The notes under the pieces were generated by a model. The model was not told the origin of the DNA, ran no database searches, and saw only the letters and a program-made list of their open reading frames with translations. Shown here piece after piece: positions 61,810 through 64,000 of a DNA stretch of 64,000 bases (position 1 is the first letter of the stretch; every line of letters begins with the position of its first letter). This DNA comes from a virus. Taxonomy: Duplodnaviria; Heunggongvirae; Uroviricota; Caudoviricetes. The translations under genes were made by a program, and so were the position numbers. The stretch lies in IMG/VR virus record IMGVR_UViG_3300045988_154391; one strand, written 5' to 3'.

Positions 61810-62645
61810 TGCAGCGTTCCTGGTTTAATAACCGGCTTACATCAGCTAAGCAAAAGTCATTACTTTATAAATCATTGGCTGATTTGGTTCAGTCAATGAT
61901 GGACACCTTTGTTGACCCATGGTTGGAGCGAATTACCAACCGGAAGTCTATTTTCTCCATGAGCAAGGAGGATCTGGAGACTAGGACAAATGAACTTGGC
62001 CAGTTTTTTACTATCAGAACGTCGAATTCATCTTCCGTTCCGATGTTGTTACAACAGCGGTTTGATGAGATCCATTTTAAGGGTACTGAACGCCCTATAA
62101 ACCAGACAATTTATCGCGAATTTAACGGTATATCGGTTTTATGGGATCCCATATATGCTCCGGTGGACTTTGAACGTCATCCCTATGGCACGGTCCTGAT
62201 TCCAGAAAGCACACTGGAAACCACCGGCGGCACATTCGGCGAGATGTTTCTGACTTCCAGAGGAATGATCAGTATTCCCATAAACGACCTGGCCCGGACA
62301 ATGGGTATTACTGGAACGATAGATCAGTCCGCAATTACAGAAGAAATTCTCAGAAAGTTTAATCAGTTCGTAAAGCCTCTACTGCCACTGCATATAGTGT
62401 TTGATGGGCTTACGCTCTATTTGTCGGTTGTTGTAAATGAACAGGCCGACATGATCACTTTGAATGAGATTTCTGATACCGAAAAAGCATTCTGCTGGTT
62501 TGAAACTTCGGATACAACTTCGCTTACTGAAGTTACGTCGATTAACGCCCCGATCACTGCAACGCCGGGCGGCACTATTGTGAAAGCAACGCCTACGTTT
62601 GATCGCACCCGCGCAGATGATTTGCTGTTGGATAGCGATGCGTGA
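61806..62645 (+). CDS. Baseplate/tail protein (P1 gene 16 position)
   Basis: 279-aa ORF. Confidence 0.45.
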   Translation: MMQRSWFNNRLTSAKQKSLLYKSLADLVQSMMDTFVDPWLERITNRKSIFSMSKEDLETRTNELGQFFTIRTSNSSSVPMLLQQRFDEIHFKGTERPINQTIYREFNGISVLWDPIYAPVDFERHPYGTVLIPESTLETTGGTFGEMFLTSRGMISIPINDLARTMGITGTIDQSAITEEILRKFNQFVKPLLPLHIVFDGLTLYLSVVVNEQADMITLNEISDTEKAFCWFETSDTTSLTEVTSINAPITATPGGTIVKATPTFDRTRADDLLLDSDA

Positions 62646-62723
62646 CAATCACCCCGTCCGCAGGGCGGGGTGACAAGTTACTTATCTTACAATGAGGCTT
62701 CACAACATTGATTAGGGAAAATC

Positions 62724-63158
62724 ATGTCTGACGTCTCAACAAACCTCTATAAGAGTCAGTTGTTGGACTATTACTATCAGCGGCGCGCTGAATCGTCCAT
62801 TAACAAAGGCTCTCGATTTTTAATCAGCAAGGCCGTTTTCGGTACCAGTTCACTGGTTACTAAGAAAGGAGATGGCACTTATGAGATTGGAGAACTGCCA
62901 AAGGCTTTCGATCTGGCAGAACTGACCAGTCAATTTTGCACCATCAACCTCGTCCCAACCTACTCAGGAGGGATAATTACTGTCCGAATGGACCTTGATC
63001 AAAGTCAGTTGCAGGAAGGGAAAAACTACCCATTCAACACTCTGGTTGTTCTGGATAACGAGAATAAGCCAATCGCCATTATTTGTGTCCAAGAAGACTC
63101 GCTGTATGTGGGCAAAACATATACCGCAGTTATGGCCATAAACACGACTACAGCATAA
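62724..63158 (+). CDS. Tail fibre-associated protein (P1 R position)
   Basis: 144-aa ORF immediately upstream of the tail fibre gene. Confidence 0.45.
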   Translation: MSDVSTNLYKSQLLDYYYQRRAESSINKGSRFLISKAVFGTSSLVTKKGDGTYEIGELPKAFDLAELTSQFCTINLVPTYSGGIITVRMDLDQSQLQEGKNYPFNTLVVLDNENKPIAIICVQEDSLYVGKTYTAVMAINTTTA

Positions 63159-63169
63159 GGATATGCTTG

Positions 63170-64000
63170 ATGAATGACGTTACAGTTGTTACATCGGTTA
63201 CTTACCCATCACCCGAGTCGTTGGCTCTGGTGGCTGATGTGCAATACCACGAACCATATCTGTCAGCCGCTCTAAACCGAAAATTCAGGGGAATTGTTGA
63301 CCCGGGATTTTATGCTGGTTTCTTGCCTAAGCCTGGCGGTGGGATGAAACTGTTAATCACCTCAGTGGATGGTGATAAAACCGCTGGCGCGGCGTCAGTG
63401 AATATTGGTGAATTCTACCAGGTAACTATTCAGCAGCGTAAGGATATTTCTCTTGCACTTAGCGCAGGTAAGAAATATGCAATTGTGCTGAAGGGAAGAT
63501 ACCTCCTTGGAGAAGATTCTTATCAGGTTAATACCGCGTCACATATTCATGCGGCTGAATTTGTTGCCAGAACCTATACCGATTCATATCAGTTAGGAGA
63601 TGGGGAACTGCTTGTTTGTACGGTGAATATCCCTGCTGGCGTATCTGCTATTACTCAGGAAATGATAGATGTATCCGACCGCATCGATCTCACGATAGGC
63701 ATTGAAATTTCCGACTCTGTAACCAGTACCAGAAGTGATGTCGCTGCAAGTTCGCTGGCAGTTAAAAAAGCCTACGATCTGGCGAAAAGCAAGTATACGG
63801 CGCAGGATGCAAGCACAACGCAAAAGGGATTAGTTCAGCTCAGTAGTGCTACTAACAGCACGTCTGAAGTGCTGGCCGCCACACCGAAAGCTGTCAAGGC
63901 TGCATATGACCTGGCTAACGGGAAGTATACAGCCCAGGATGCAACCACGACACAAAAAGGGATAGTTCAGCTCAGTAGCGACACCAACAGCACTTCTGAA
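63170..64000 (+). CDS. Tail fibre protein S, N-terminal part (3' end beyond window)
   Basis: ATG at 63170 with AAGGA 8 nt upstream; open to the window end; repeated KYTAQDA(S/T)TTQKG(L/I)VQLSS.TNSTSE units. Confidence 0.7.
   Translation, partial: MNDVTVVTSVTYPSPESLALVADVQYHEPYLSAALNRKFRGIVDPGFYAGFLPKPGGGMKLLITSVDGDKTAGAASVNIGEFYQVTIQQRKDISLALSAGKKYAIVLKGRYLLGEDSYQVNTASHIHAAEFVARTYTDSYQLGDGELLVCTVNIPAGVSAITQEMIDVSDRIDLTIGIEISDSVTSTRSDVAASSLAVKKAYDLAKSKYTAQDASTTQKGLVQLSSATNSTSEVLAATPKAVKAAYDLANGKYTAQDATTTQKGIVQLSSDTNSTSE

Overview
The whole window reads as one contiguous segment of a P1-like temperate phage-plasmid (Punavirus-type) from an enterobacterium, not a chromosomal island. All calls come from reading the sequence and the supplied ORF track, plus recalled P1 gene order; nothing was searched against a database. 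Recognisable landmarks, left to right: the 3' part of a c1-type repressor gene; an extra icd/ant-like antirepressor module; pacB/pacA terminase with an internal GATC-hexamer pac site; doc/phd toxin-antitoxin; humD behind a LexA box; hot (theta homologue); a long leftward block of small early genes including three Ea22-like paralogues, a Ser/Thr phosphatase (ppp), a VRR-NUC nuclease and a TraR-type zinc finger; a rightward baseplate block ending in a gpV-like spike; a glycosyltransferase; ban (DnaB-like helicase); a tRNA cluster (Ile-CAU, Thr-UGU, Asn-GUU, plus a class II Ser-UGA-like gene and a tRNA-like fragment); a fused C5-cytosine/N6-adenine methyltransferase (dmt); an RdgC homologue (hrdC); a PAAR-like protein; an overlapped spanin pair; the plasmid replicon (DnaA box and GATC cluster, five iterons, repA, inverted iterons); a T5orf172-domain gene sitting between the replicon and parA/parB/parS; head/sheath-like structural genes; the lytic replicon and immunity-I block (repL, kilA, ant, icd); two low-GC secreted proteins; and the tail module (sit tape-measure/transglycosylase, baseplate, R, and a 3'-truncated S tail fibre). 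At least nine 17-mers resembling the P1 C1 operator are scattered across the window. No integrase, transposase, IS element, CRISPR array or resistance gene was seen. The best candidates for something undescribed are the second icd/ant module between c1 and pacB, the T5orf172 gene between incA and parA, the secreted Sim-like protein that shares a motif with Sit, the tandem Ea22-like/small-membrane-protein pairs, and the glycosyltransferase downstream of ban; each is a hypothesis needing homology searches.
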